From the human T2T-CHM13v2.0 reference genome, Homo sapiens: a DNA stretch of 64,000 bases. The notes under the pieces are model-generated. The model had not been told where the DNA came from. It made no database searches and worked only from the letters and a program-made list of their open reading frames with translations. A program made the translations under genes and the position numbers. Where the stretch lies: NCBI RefSeq assembly GCF_009914755.1, contig NC_060934.1; one strand, written 5' to 3'. This document shows, one piece after another, positions 1-25,205 of this stretch. Numbering within the stretch: the first letter of the stretch is position 1; the number at the start of each line of letters is the position of its first letter.

Positions 1-2281
1 ATTGCTGGGTCCTGTGGTAGTTCTAGGTTTAGTCCCTGAGAAATCTCTATTCTGTTTTCCATAGTCGACTCTACCCTTGAGCTACTTAAAGGTGTCCTGA
101 TTTCTCTGAGAGAGGTTGATAGCCATTCCTTGGACTTCTGAAAATAGTAACATGGGAACTGTTAGTTGGAATCTTCCAGTTTTTTCAACAAACATTTGGT
201 GGTCCCCATTGCTTAAAAATGTGCTAAAAACCCCTGCTTTCTCTCTGCCCTATTAAAACTGGGTAATGCCTTTGTGCCCACAGGCTTGGATTGACTTGAG
301 GAATTTGCTAGCAGGTTCCCCAGAGGTATAGGAAGAGCGGGAGGAGAAGCAGCCTCTAGCTCCTGCCCAGAGAGGAGGTGGTTACTGGCCTCACCTTACT
401 GACATCATCCATCATCTGGCTCGCAAAGGGACTGGTGGAAGATGAGGTTAAAAGTTTCATGCTTTGGATTCCCACCAGGAGGTCTTGTGTGAGCTTGTTC
501 CACCCTGGTGTGGATTTAAATCTGTTCAACTTGAGATAAGATATGTAAATCAGACCACGGCTGCCAGTCTAACCAGGTGTTATAAATACCAGTGCTAAAT
601 GAACATGCTCTAAGCCAGCTTTCTTTTCACTGGGAGCATGGATTAAAAATTCAGCCAAGAATTTTGAGCTTCTTGGGGTGGGGGTGTTGGGGGAGCACTG
701 TAGAACCCTAAACAATAAGGTGTAATAATTCCTTCCTAGCAAGAAGTACTACATTTATCTCATTAGTGAAGCACATATTGGGTGCTCGGTAATATTTGCT
801 AAGCAAATAAAGACAAAGCACACAAACTTGTTTCACAAAAGTAGAATGACTTCAACTGGAATTTTCTTCTATCCATAAATAATTTGCTCAGGAATCCAGA
901 AATGTAATAGACATACCAGCTGTCCATTTTTCAAAAATGAGCTGAGTAAAAAACGTGCAGTGTCTCTCTTCACAAACATTTCTTTTTTCAATTTTCATTA
1001 TTTTCCAAAACCTCGGAGATTGATACCAGTTTGCAAACATTGCATCAGCTAGAACTGTTCCCCAGCTAGACTCTGCTCTGGTTGACCTCCCCTCGCCTTC
1101 CTTCTGGGTCATTCCTTTTTGTTACTAGGACCCAATCAGATGTCTGGTCAAGATTGTTTTCAGGTGAGATTTTACTTTAGGAAAATCTGGTTTTGGTATC
1201 TTTTTCAGTGATGGCGAACCGACACTAGGAAACTTCTTCCCTCGAGGCCTGTTAAAACCCAGCCTCTCTAGGTAAGGCGACCTGGTGAACTTGTTTGCTT
1301 TAAGTGTGGGCGAAATCAATTACTTCCATGTGATGTGTGGCTGGGAGTAAATCACTGCTCCTATTAACACAGCTGAAACTATTCACAACAGAGACAGTTT
1401 GAAATCAACCTCGTTTTTGTATATTGTTCAGAAAGTGCTTTTTATTTTAAAAAAATAAATTTAAAATTAAAAAAATAAGTGAAAGCATGATCATTCTTCC
1501 AGGAAGTAGAATTACTAGCCTTTTAAAATCTGTGTTTAAGGTTCTAAGTTCTTACGTAAGGCATTTCAGAAGTAAGGGAAATCCCAGTTTGGAGGAAAAG
1601 CAGAATCATAGGAAAAGGGTGCTAAACCGTGACCGCATCGATGTTTCAAACTCCAGAACAAAACTGCCCACACTCCCAGCAGCCAACTTCCACCTGGATC
1701 TTTCTTTGATCTTCAGTGCTGGGATATAGTCCTCGTTTGCTTAGGGAGAATTTTTGGAAGCATTCTTTTCTTTCCAAGGTTTTTTTCTTGAAATTGAGAA
1801 ATAGCGCAGACTAAAGAGTAGTTGCTTCATATGCTTCATATTTATTTTACTGCAGCCTCTGTATTTCTGTGGAGGCCCATTTTTAAGATTAATTTTGTTC
1901 ATGGATTACACGTGTAGAGCATACACATTCATACTGACATGGATTACCTGTTAATATTGGGAGGCGTTACTGGGTTAGCGTGTGTAATGTTTATTGGTGT
2001 CAACTTTTTAATACATCGTTATTTATGAAGCTGGGTTAAACGTCCTTTCTACTGCTGTGTGTTTAAACTCACTCCCCTCCACCGCCCCATGTCCCGATTT
2101 AAATGTATAAATTGGATGAGATTAATTTCTCCTAAATTGGAAGGACTTGATCTATAAATATGGTGGAGAGGGAGGGATAATAACCACACTGATGTTAACA
2201 TGTCTGAAACTACTCTTAAGTATTTAAGCTTTTCTTTTAGATCCAAGGTCTGTTTTTAGGGTGCTCTTTTTTTTTATTTAG

Positions 2282-4589
<2,308 letters not shown>

Positions 4590-5456
4590 TTATTGCAATA
4601 TCTGGTAGTTTACAGGTGGGTGTGGTATGAGTGTTGGTTTCTTTTGACCTTGGAGGAAGAAAACGCTCTAGGAGCCCCAGCTCCTCTTACCTCTGCCTGA
4701 AGTTGGCTCTGTGCACTTGTGTATGAATGTGCAACTTTAGTGTGGTGGGGACAGGGATGACATGGACATTGGGCTAGGTGTGTGAACGTAGAGAAGGAAC
4801 CAGGCGTGTGCTCAGAGCTCTCGGGTGTGTCATGATAACTAGGGTAAAATCCTATTTTTACGAAAGTAGTCTATAAATTATTTTTAGAGTAAAAAGGAAA
4901 TGGTTAATTTAGTCTAAGGGATTGTTTTTGTTTTTTAAAGCCCTACTTAAGTCGAATAATAGAAAACAAAGAATGTATGGACTCAGTTTCCTTCAATTTA
5001 TGAATTGAGTTTAAAAAACTCTACAAGAGTCTTGACATCATTCATTGCTTCCTTTTCCAGTACATTTCTTATTATAAAACTCATTTTTGTTAATACACAA
5101 TTACATAAAAATAGGAAGTAACACAGAACCAGATAGAAACTATGAAAAAGCAGGACTCTTTTCTTCGTTTGAGTAAAATCAAAGCAAAGTGCCTGTCACA
5201 TAGAAGACACTGATGCCTGTTCACATGGATGAATGTCGTCAAGAGCCACTAGCATTAGGGCCAACAATGGCTGTTTTGTGTTTACTGATCTTTATTTTCA
5301 CCCACCGCTTCCCCATATGAAGAAGCCCACTCATGGTAGTGAGCGGGGTGATTCAGAAAGAGTTCCCACCGTGAAACGCTCTCATTCATGGTGCTCTTGA
5401 AGGTCAAGGAAAACACAGCTTTTTGCAAAGGGCTTGGCTGTTAAGTCACCATATAG

Positions 5457-6039
<583 letters not shown>

Positions 6040-6252
6040 TAGCGTGTAGGTGTGCACTTTGACCCTGCTGTAGTGTGTAAGTATGCTCACTGACCTCTGC
6101 CCTACTGTATATCCTGACACAGGAAGGGGGATGTCTTTTAGAAGCTCATTTCTACCTCTTTCCCAGCTCAACTGTGCTTGTCTTGACTGTATCTTAAAAG
6201 TGCTGGTTAATGGTGGGTGTCTGGACAAGGTAGGAGAGTCTATAAACCTATA

Positions 6253-6943
6253 CCGAAGTCCTCTCTTATACACGGTTTTGCTTTCCATAGTTTCGGTTAC
6301 TTGCAGTCAACCGTGGTCCAAAAATATGCGATGGAAAATTCCAGAAATAAATCCTTCATAAGTTTTAAATTGTGCACCATTCTGAGTAGTGGGATGAAAT
6401 GCGTCGTTCTGATCCATTGCCTCCTGCATGCGAATCCTCCTTTGCCCGGAGTCCCCACCTGCCCATCACTTAGTAGCCAACTCAGTTCTCAGATCAGCTG
6501 TCTATGTGGCCGTGCTTATGTTCAAGTCACTTTTATTTAATAATGGCCCTGAAGCAGAAGAGGCATGATGCTGGCTGGTAATTTGTATATGCTGAAGAGA
6601 AGCTACCAAGTGCTTCCTTTAAGTGAAAAGATGTGAAAGTTCTGAACTTGGAGAAGAAAAAAAAATCAAATGCTGAGGTCGCTGAGACCTACTGTAAGAA
6701 CAAATCATCTTCTGTCTGTGAAGGTGTGAAGAAGGAAAAAGAAATTTATATTAGTTTTGCTGTCACACTTCATACGTTCAAGTTATGACCACTGTGTGAC
6801 AAGTGCTTAGGGACATTTGTAGGTAGAAGACATGAACACGAGCTCCGATTGCTGGCAGACGGGTTGGGATTGGTGCTGTCTGCAGATCCAAGCATCCACT
6901 GAGGGTCTTGGAACATACCCCCTCAGAGAAGGGAGAACTGCAG
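6253..6943 (+). mobile_element. MER44/Tigger7-family DNA transposon
   Basis: Matches recalled MER44 consensus (cagtcaaccgtggtcc...ggaaaattccagaaataaa...ttcataagttttaaattg; terminus ccactgagggtcttggaac). Confidence 0.75.
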
Positions 6944-8987
6944 CAATATAGGTACATGGGGTTGTCTTCAGACCCAGCCTGGACCTGTTTTTGTGAAGTG
7001 TTTGCAATGGCAATGAGTTGCGTAACATAGACATACTAAGCAAGATTGGTTCTACATCACTTGGTTAAGGGGAATAATTTTTCCATTCACGTTCAGAACT
7101 ACCAAAGACAGTAATGACCTTGTGATTTGGTTGAAGCTGTCTGTAGGGAATCCAAGTCTTATAAGACACGATTTCTTTCCCTCACATTTCCTCGGTGCAA
7201 AACCTAATAGTAGAATGTGAGAAACTTCATATTATTTGTTCCAGCTTAGATTCTTCAGTAAAGTGCGTTGGGTTAACCGTTCCCTGGTTAGTTTTGAGCT
7301 GAACTGTGATGCTAGAAAAGGTTACCTTCGGGGTTTTTCCTCTTCCTGTTCGTACACCCTTGCGGTCTTCGGACTTCCCTCCTGAATTGCCCCGGGGTTT
7401 CTAGGTGGTGCCTGTCTTTTCTTCCCTCATTAGATCATAACTTATCTGCCTGTATCATCTCCTGACATACTGGGTCTTTCAAAGGCTCCAAGGTGCTGAA
7501 ATGACCTGATAAATCATTTCTTTAACCTCCAGGAAACCTTTCCTTTCTGTGTTGGTAGCAGCCAGACTCAGGTGCCCTCCGGTGAGTGAGGCGGGCGGGT
7601 GTCTATTTTAGAACAATCAGGTCATGCCCCCGACACACACTCACCCCCCAGACTCACCAGTGGCATTCGGGCCTGGCTATGCATGTAAAATACAGCGCTG
7701 GGTTTTAAATGTACATGAATAGAATTGCACTAAGAATCTAACTCTGACTTTTCATTGAGTGCTTTGAAGGTCTGTGCATGGCCTCATCCAGCTGATCTAA
7801 CTGATGTGCAGTATTCCGTAGTAAGCATTTACCACGTTTCTACTTATAGAAAGTTCATGGTAGGCGAAGAACCTGGACTGCCACCAACTCTTCTCAACAG
7901 CAGGCAACACTGTATACCCATCCCGGCACGTGTTTCCACATGTTCCTAGTAGACAGCTCCCCTGGAGTGAAGGCTGAGCAGTGGAATGTGTGGCTCGTAG
8001 GACACGCTTAGTTTCTCTAAGTATTGCCCAGTTGCCCTACAGAAAGGTTGTATGAATTCATTCCCAGCAGGTTCACCAAGGTTGACCCACATTCTTGCTG
8101 ACACTTGTTATTTTTTGTCTAATTTTTGCCACTCCAGTAGGTATTAAATAATGTAGTAGTTTTAGCTTGCACTTTTTTTGTTCACTAGTGAGGTTGAACA
8201 TCTGTCTTGTACTTAATAATCATCTGGTTTCCTCGTTTGTACACTGTCTAATCATATTCCTTGTTCATTATTTTTTTCTGAGTTTCTTATTAGTTTAGAA
8301 GGTTTTCTTATATTCTAGCTATCAATTCCTTATACGTATTAGACATAGTACATATCTTCTATGAGCTGGCAGCTTTTCTCTTAATATTGTCTATGGTGTC
8401 CTTAATTTTTATGTAGACAGATGCATTGAAATTTTCACCTTATAACTTGTATTTTTTGAGTCCTAATGAATAGAAAGATTAATAGAGCAAAATAGGAAAT
8501 TCAGAAATAGAACCAAAAACATATAAACATTTAGTACAAACAACATTAGTATTTCAAAACAGTGGTAAAAGATGGGTCCTTCAGTACTTGGCACTTGAGC
8601 TGTCGGATAACCTTCTTGGCTTGAGGGCAGGGAGCAGGTCTCTACTCCACACATTACACTGACATAAATCCAAGGCAGATCAGATATTTAAATATGAAAA
8701 GTGGAACCATAAAAATGCTAGTAGAAATTCGAGAGGTATATTCTATATTCTTAGAGTAAGAAAGGCCTAAATTTGCAAAAACACAAGCTATAAACAAAAA
8801 GATTGATAAATTCAACTACATAAAAATAAATTCTTTAGGTCATATTACAAATTTTAAAAAAATACTTGCAATTTATATCAAGCGATTTCTGTTGGATAGA
8901 AATAAAACTTTCCAGTCTGTTTCACTGCTGTCTATCCTAGTACCAGTGCCTTGTGTTTTACTTACTGCTACTTTATAATAACTCCTT

Positions 8988-11723
<2,736 letters not shown>

Positions 11724-12206
11724 TTATGCAAATATTTACATTTTTATCATAATTTGTGCTTTTTATTTGTCCTCTTCTGTTTTGTCTTTTGTCCTTGCCT
11801 TCTTTTGGAATGATTTTTTTTTTTAATCTTTCATTTATCCCCTCCTCTAATTTAGATGGTAAATGTTCTGGGTTTTTTTTTAGTGGTTTCTCTAGAAATT
11901 TTAACATGAATGCTTATACAATTTTAAAGTTGGTCAACATTTTAACTTCCTCCAAAACTCAAATCCCCTCCCTCCCATGTGTGTGCTGTCACTGTGGTGT
12001 GTTTCAGCTCTGCCTTGTAGTAGAAAACAAGACTGTTTGATATACTGTTTGTTTACATTTACTCGCATTTTTAGTCCAAATCTTTCCTCCCTGAAATAGA
12101 GCCTTTTTAAAACTGTGCTCTATTGGTAGCCGACTCGCTCTGTTTTTATTTATATAGAAATTTATAACATTTTCCTTTGGTCTTTTTTTCCACAGACTTT
12201 TTTTAA

Positions 12207-13377
<1,171 letters not shown>

Positions 13378-13966
13378 TCAGTCTAATTATCACTTCTTTG
13401 AAAATAATCTGTCTTTTCTTTGAGTGCATTTGATTGATTGAGACAGGGTCTTTGCCCTGCCCCCTAGGCTGGAGTCCAGTGGCATGATCACAGCTCACTG
13501 CCACCTCCAACTCCTGGCCTCAAGTGATCCTCCCACTGCAGCCTCCCCAGCAGCTAGGACTATAGGCATGTCCTGCCGTGCCTGGCTATTTTTTAAATTT
13601 CTTATAGAGATAAGGTCTCACTATGTTGCCCAGGCTGGTCTTGAACTCCCAACCTCAAGAAATGCTCCCACTCAGCCTCCCAAAGCACTGGGATTACAGG
13701 TATGAGCCACTGCACCCAGCCACTTTGAATATTTTTACAGTATCTTTAAGTTTTTCAAAAGGTAATACATTCATATGGTTAAAAAAGAAAAGGTAATTAT
13801 ATTTCTAAAAACTCTACATTTAACTCTTGTCCTCAACTCACTTCTACCCCTCACGCCCAACAATTGTTCTTGACTTGTATATCCTTCCAAAGTTTCTTAT
13901 GCATGTAACAACAAATACAAATATACATTCTTAATCTGTAATCTCTCGGTTTTACACAATGCATAG

Positions 13967-14422
<456 letters not shown>

Positions 14423-14486
14423 TGAGACACTTAGGTTTTTTGGGGGATTTTTGTTATTACAGACAATCCTACAGTGAATAACATTA

Positions 14487-14566
14487 TAAGGTTGGTGCAA
14501 AAGTAATCACGACTTTTGCCATTGAAAATAATGGAAAAAAACCTGATTACTTTTGCACCAACCTAA
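14487..14566. mobile_element. MADE1 (Hsmar1-derived 80-bp MITE)
   Basis: TIRs (a)aggttggtgcaaaagtaat ... attacttttgcaccaacctaa; 80 bp; TA on both sides. Confidence 0.92.
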
Positions 14567-15387
14567 TACATATGTCCCTGTGTGTGTGTGCAATTTCTCG
14601 GTAGGATAAATTTCCCCAAATGGAATTGCTAGGTGCGTGGGAATATATTTTACATTTTGATAGATACTATGCGGTTGCCCCCTGAGGGGTTATGCCAGTT
14701 TACACCCCCACCAGCGGAACCTCGGAGCACCTTGTTTCCCCACAGCCTTTTAACTACGGTTTTGAGGCTGCTTTCAAGATTTGTAGCTGCTTTTAACTTT
14801 TTCTTGTTTTCGGTGTTCTGTGGTTTCATTGTGATTGTCTAATAGTACATTTAAAATTTGTATTCTGTTTGGGATTCATCAGAATTCCTCTGTCTGTGAC
14901 TTGATGTCTTTATCAGTAAGCAGGATATAGAGGATACACACAAAAATGAATAATTGAGGAAAGTTTAATACTTAGATTATTTACAAAAAATATAGGCAGG
15001 GTTAGGGAAAGCAACAGAGGATGGTTCGGTACCTAGAGGACAGCAACACTCGGTAGCTGTTAGCACCCCTAGGCCCTCGGGGAAAGGGAGGGAGCTGTGG
15101 AACCCGGGGAGGGAGCTGAGAGGAAGGGCAGAGGCTGGGGTCCTCGGCGGGACCCAGCAGCCTGCAGGGAGCTGGCAGCCTGCCTTGCGTGCTGGGGTCT
15201 CATTGGCTGGACTCAACCAGCAGCCCCACAGCAAGGGTGCCCATCTGATACATTCCTGCTCCTGAGGCAGGAGAGTGAGGCTAGAGAAAGCTGGAGAATG
15301 GTTCTGGTGGGGGGACCCTCAGACTGAAGCTATACCACCTAGTATCTTTCATCCATTGTGAAACACGCTCAGCCATTGTCTCCTTAA

Positions 15388-15654
<267 letters not shown>

Positions 15655-16585
15655 TGATTCACCTGCCTCGGCCTCCCATAGTGCTGGGATTACAGGTGTG
15701 AGCCACCATGCCTGGCCTTGAACATTACTTCTGCCACATCAGCTCTCCTCCCCTCTGAGAAACTCCAGTTAAACACAAACCTTAGACATAGACATAAACC
15801 TTCTCAACCTGTGTTGGGTCTCTTAACCTCTCATTGGTTTTCACATCTCTCTGTGCTACAATCTGGACAAATGATAGGTTTCTTCAGATCATTTTTCTTT
15901 CTGTCATTCTCTCTCTAGCTATATTTGATCTTCTGTTTATGCCATCTGTCGAGTTTTTTCTTTGTTATCAATTTTTTCTTCATAAAAAGTTGTATTTGGT
16001 TGTTTTTTACATTACTCTGCTTATTTTTTAGGTCGATAGCATTTCCTCCTGCCTGTCGCTGGAAGCAGGGAGTCACAGGTGTTTTATATTTCATCCAGCA
16101 CTGAAACAGCTTTGAACAGGCCGGCCAGGCCATGGAGTCTGTCTAACTGCCAGAGAGGAAAGTTTCTGGGATTTGGTTTGGGTTTTGTTTGTTTGTTTGT
16201 TTTAGAGATGGCCAGCTCTGTCACGCAGGCCAGAGTGCAGTTGTATAATCATAGCTCACTGCAGCCTCAGATTCCTGGGCTCCAGCCATCCACCCACCTC
16301 ACGAGACTACAGGCACGCACCACCACGCCTGGCTGATTTTGCTATTTTTGGTAGAGTTGGGGTGGGGTCGGGGGGCATCTCTATGTTGCCCGGGCTGGTC
16401 TCAAACTCCTGGCCTGAAGCAATCCTCCCACCTCGGCCTCCCAAAGTGTTGGGGTTACAGGCGTGAGCCACCACTCCCAGCCTGTCCAGGGTTTTACCTT
16501 CTCTTTTCCCCAACTTTTTCCCATAGCTCATGACTAGGCTCAAGTGTCTCCTATTCTTAAAGAAAAAAAAGAAAAACATAAATAA

Positions 16586-16589
<4 letters not shown>

Positions 16590-16619
<30 letters not shown>
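16590..16619. repeat. (AT)n microsatellite
   Basis: Direct reading. Confidence 0.95.
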
Positions 16620-16622
<3 letters not shown>

Positions 16623-16802
16623 TCCAAAATGCTTTTCTTCAACCCCATTTTCCTCTACAGCTATTGCCTCATCTCTCTTTTCTGTTACTCTTTTCACCCC
16701 AAATTCAAAAACCACTAACCATCTGCTTCCAGGATTGCTGTTCCCAGCGCAGCCCGCTGCAGTGTGATTTCTAACCCGCCTTCACAAGGTCACCTTAGTT
16801 GA

Positions 16803-17238
<436 letters not shown>

Positions 17239-17387
17239 TAAAACTTCGTGGATTCTTTCTCTTTGATCTCACAGCTTTTCTCTTCTTACCTGACAGCCAC
17301 CACAGTTTTCACATCTTCATCGTCTCTTTTGTGAACTGATAAAATAACTTGATAACGGTTTTTATTACCTCTTAAATAATCTATTGA

Positions 17388-18024
<637 letters not shown>

Positions 18025-18455
18025 TAAACTGTAAGTGGGTCCTGTCCCTTTGCAGGGCGTAAACCTCCCTTGGTGCCCCCCTACCTGTCGGCAAAGTTCA
18101 GAAATCAAAGCTGCTTTTACTGAGGTCCAGCTGACCTCATCCCCCCAGTTTGCACCTCTCTCTACCTGTTTTGCAACCCGTGTTGTATCTTGTGCTTGAG
18201 CTGAGTTCACTGCTTTATCCTGCGCACTTGCCATTTTTCAAACAGGCTTACATTTCCACATCTTTGTTGATTCTTTTTTCTGTTAGGAATGCCCATGGGA
18301 GTGGGTGATGTTGAAGTGGTGTTTGGAGAGTTTGTTTAACAAGCCAGGTGTGGTGGCTCACGCCTGTAATCCCAGCACTTTGGGAGGCCGAGGCGGGCGG
18401 ATCACAAGGTCAAGAGATCAAGACCATCCTGGCCAACATGGTGAAACCCCGTCTA

Positions 18456-18647
<192 letters not shown>

Positions 18648-19204
18648 TTAACTAGCTGTCTCCTTAAATCTTAGGGCCATGGTGGGCCCTCCTGGACTCC
18701 CTGTAATGGCACTGAACATTGTTACATATCTGTCTTCCCTTACAGTTGGTGCTATGTGGCAGAATCACTTGTGGAACTCCTTAAAAACACGCACACTCCC
18801 AGCCTTTACCCCCATAAATATATTCTGTAGGTCTAGGTCTGAGTCCCAGAGAGCTTCTGATCCATTGCCTGGGTTAAGCATCAGTGCATAGATGGGCTCC
18901 TCTCTGGAAGGGAAGCCTCTGACTCATCTGCCTTTCTCTAGTACCTGGAATCTCCCCAAGGTGAGGTAGGAAAATAGTAAGCATCAAAGAATATGCTTAG
19001 GCTAGAAAGGAAGATGGGGTTCAGATGGAAGCAGGTGATGACTGATTGGCTGAAACTTTTATTCTCAAGCCTGTTGGGAATGGGTTAAAATTGACTGCTT
19101 TTGGGAGAGTGGTAACAATTAAGTGATGTTTCAAGATTAATCCAACTAGAGAATCCGGCAGAAGTGTAGAGAAGAGGGAGAAGGCAAGGAGGACAGCAGG
19201 TGGC

Positions 19205-19518
19205 GGCTGTAGTTGGAACATGTATCCCAAAGCTCATGTGTTGGACACTTAATCCCCAGCATGGCCATGTTGAGGGGCAGGGACGGGAAGAGGTGGTTAG
19301 CATTTGAACGTTGTTATTGCAGGAGTGGGTTCACTATAAAAGCGAGTTTGGCCCTTTCTTGTGCTCTCTCTCTCTCACCAGTGATGCCTCCCGTTATGTT
19401 ACGGTACAGCAGGAAGGCCTTCAGCAGATGTGGCCCTGGATCTTGGATTTCCCAACCTCCCAAACCACAAGCCAAATAAGTTTGTTCCTTGTACAGCAGC
19501 ACAAAACAGATGAAGACA
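19205..19518 (+). mobile_element. MST-family (MaLR) solo LTR, internally deleted
   Basis: ctcatgtgttgga..cttaatcccca...aaggcc.tca.cagatg...tcttggatttccca..., ending cacaaaacagatgaagaca. Confidence 0.7.
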
Positions 19519-20370
19519 ATGGCTGTGGCAATAATGTAGGCACGTGCTAAAATGGTCCTGAACTTGGGTGTGGGACCAGAAGGGAAGTGGATACAACCGA
19601 CGTCGTAAAGGAAGAGTCTGCAGGGCTCGGCAGCTGGCTGCTTGTGAGTGGCAGGGAGGGGAGGAGTCGGAAACATCTCCATGGCTCATTTGTGTGACAA
19701 GGCTGCAAGCCCCTGTGTCTAGGGATGGGCGCTGATTAACACAATGTGGCTCTGGCGTTTGGCAAAACCAGCCCTTTCAGGGGAATGGCAGGAAGACCTG
19801 GTTGCTTGAGCTGCTCCGTATACCCGAGTGTGGCCATTTGCTCCTGAGATGATGGCGGGATGGGAGAAGGAGGGCTTTGTGCGTAACACCATCTAGGTCA
19901 TTCTAGGGCCTCCTGGAATGTACAGGGAAGGTGAAGGGAGCTGCCTTTCTCTCCTGGCTCCACAACCCACCAGCTCTCCTAGGACCATTGACTTTGTCTT
20001 TATTTTACTATTTGGAATAGTGGCAACTTTATGTATATGCATATCATCTTCTGGTTTCCTAGCCTTGCTCTTAAATCGCCATTTGATGTGTACCGATTAA
20101 GCAGAAATGTGTTTCTTTTTAAATCTGTTTTACAGAGATGTCTGTAAGGTGTTTCAGAGGAAGTTTTCATGGTAATGCTTGAAGTCTTAAATGACAGGTT
20201 CCCCTAAAGGTGTTCAATGCAGATTGCACTTTCTCCACAAATGGTCATGTTTCCATTAATCAGCAAGAGGCTTATTCCTATGAGTCTTCTTTGGTCTTCT
20301 AGAAGGCTTTGTTGAACTGTCTAACATGCCGTTCAGGGGCTGGGCTGGATTTCCTGCTAAAAGGGTCAGA

Positions 20371-21210
20371 GGACCAGACATGGTGGCTCACTCCTGTAAT
20401 CCCAGCACTGTGGGAGGCCAAGGCAGGCGGATCACTTGAGCTCAGGAGTGACTCCTGAGACCAGCCTGGGCAACATGACGAAACTCTGTCTCTACAAAAA
20501 ATAAGCTGGGTGTGGTAGTGCAAGCCTGTAGTCCCAGCTACCCAGGAGGCTGAGGTGGGAGGACTGCTTGAGCCCATGAGGTCAAGGCTGCAGGGTATTG
20601 TGATTTTGCCACTGCACTCCAGCCTGGATGACAGAGTGAGACCTTATTTCAAAAAAAAGTAGCCAGGGTTGGGGGGGCAGTCAGAGGACTGTATGAAATT
20701 AAGGGGCTTACAGGGGACAGTTTCAGTGTCTTTGCTCCTGGAAGTAAAGATGGCAACTTCCTCATAGTTTTAACCTGGGGTACTTTACTTTTGATGTACA
20801 CATTGCAATAGCATGAGGCTTCCATAGAGTCTTCAGTTTCGGAGATGTCAGCCAGGCTCCCCATGGTAACATGTTAGCTCTTGTCACCTCCCCTCAAGTC
20901 TGAACTGTAACAGAGCTGGAGAAGCAACCACAGTTTATGGTGGCTGAGGCAGAAAAGCCAGGAAGAGCCTGAGTGTGAAAGAGCTTGGAAGTGCAGAAGA
21001 AGATACCACATTATTCTGTCATATTTCCAGCAGCAAAGTCATCTTGAATATACCCGTCTTTCCTTCAGATTATTCCGGCTGGGCATGGTGACTTGTGCCT
21101 ATAATCCCAGGTACTCAGGAGGCCGGGGCAGGAGGATCGTTGGAGCCCAAGAGTTCAGTGTCAGCCTGGACAACATAGCAAGACTCTATCTCTGAAAAAA
21201 AAACAACAAC
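20371..21210 (+). mobile_element. Alu ~20371-20658 and FLAM ~21077-21210
   Basis: Alu consensus. Confidence 0.9.
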
Positions 21211-21431
21211 AAACTTTTAAAAATTATTCTTATGTGTTCAGAATGGTTAACAATACAAAGGAGACATGGCAGTCAGCATCCTCAAACCGGTTGACTTAGC
21301 GTTTCCCAATCGCCTTTACCCTAATGGTCGAGTCTGAGAGTGGAGATGAATCTAAGCCATGTTTTTGAGGGATTGAGGCGTTTTACAGTCTCGGCTTACT
21401 GACCATTGTCATTCGTGTTTGGTGTCTCTAG

Positions 21432-21512
21432 GAGTGAGCTGTTGCCGCAGAATGGGCTGCTGGCTCCTGCCCTGCTTCCTGTGATCGAGCCGGCCCTGAG
21501 GACTCTGTGGAG
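21432..21512 (+). other. PROSER2: 5' UTR part of the first coding exon of PROSER2
   Basis: Acceptor ...gtgtttggtgtctctAG at 21430-21431. An in-frame TGA (21435-21437) lies upstream of the ATG at 21513. Confidence 0.8.
21452..21484 (+). promoter_or_regulatory. uORF (MGCWLLPCFL*) in the PROSER2 5' UTR
   Basis: agaATGg context (A at -3, G at +4); TGA at 21482-21484; out of frame with the main ATG. Confidence 0.6.
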
Positions 21513-21650
21513 ATGCCTGTAACCCACCGGAAATCAGACGCATCTGACATGAACTCAGACACGTCCCCCAGCTGCAGGCTCCGAGCCTTCAGCAGAGGCG
21601 GCAGCCTGGAGAGTCGAAGCAGCAGCTCTCGCTCCAGAAGCTTCACTTTG
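21513..21650 (+). CDS. PROSER2: PROSER2 coding exon 1 (aa 1-46, MPVTHRKSDASDMNSDTSPSC...RSRSFTL)
   Basis: ATG in gagATGc; donor TTG|GTGAGT at 21651, phase 0; the protein is recognised as PROSER2/C10orf47. Confidence 0.95.
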
Positions 21651-21975
21651 GTGAGTGACAGTTTTTCTTTCATGCTTTCCTGTGCCTGGGTCAGTGGATT
21701 TTGCCTCAATCCCTCTCCCTTGAAGGAATATTTTACCAGATCTTTTTGGGTCAACTAGCTTGATGTTCTGGAATACTTCTTTGTGAAGTGGTTCTTTATT
21801 TTTAATCATCTTAAATTTTGCACAAATACAGAGCATTACCCATAGCCATGGAGCAAATCCCTCGCTGTGGCCAGTAACTCATGGCTGCTTAGACGTAGAT
21901 AGGACCAGGCCCGGGGCAGAAACCAACCCAGGCAGGAGCGCTGCTGAAGAGCTCACACGATAAACACAGTTGACT

Positions 21976-25205
<3,230 letters not shown>

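Noticed and set aside
21432-21650. Rolling-circle translation of the 219-nt (3n) exon circle
   Set aside because: There is an in-frame TGA at the second codon after the back-splice junction.
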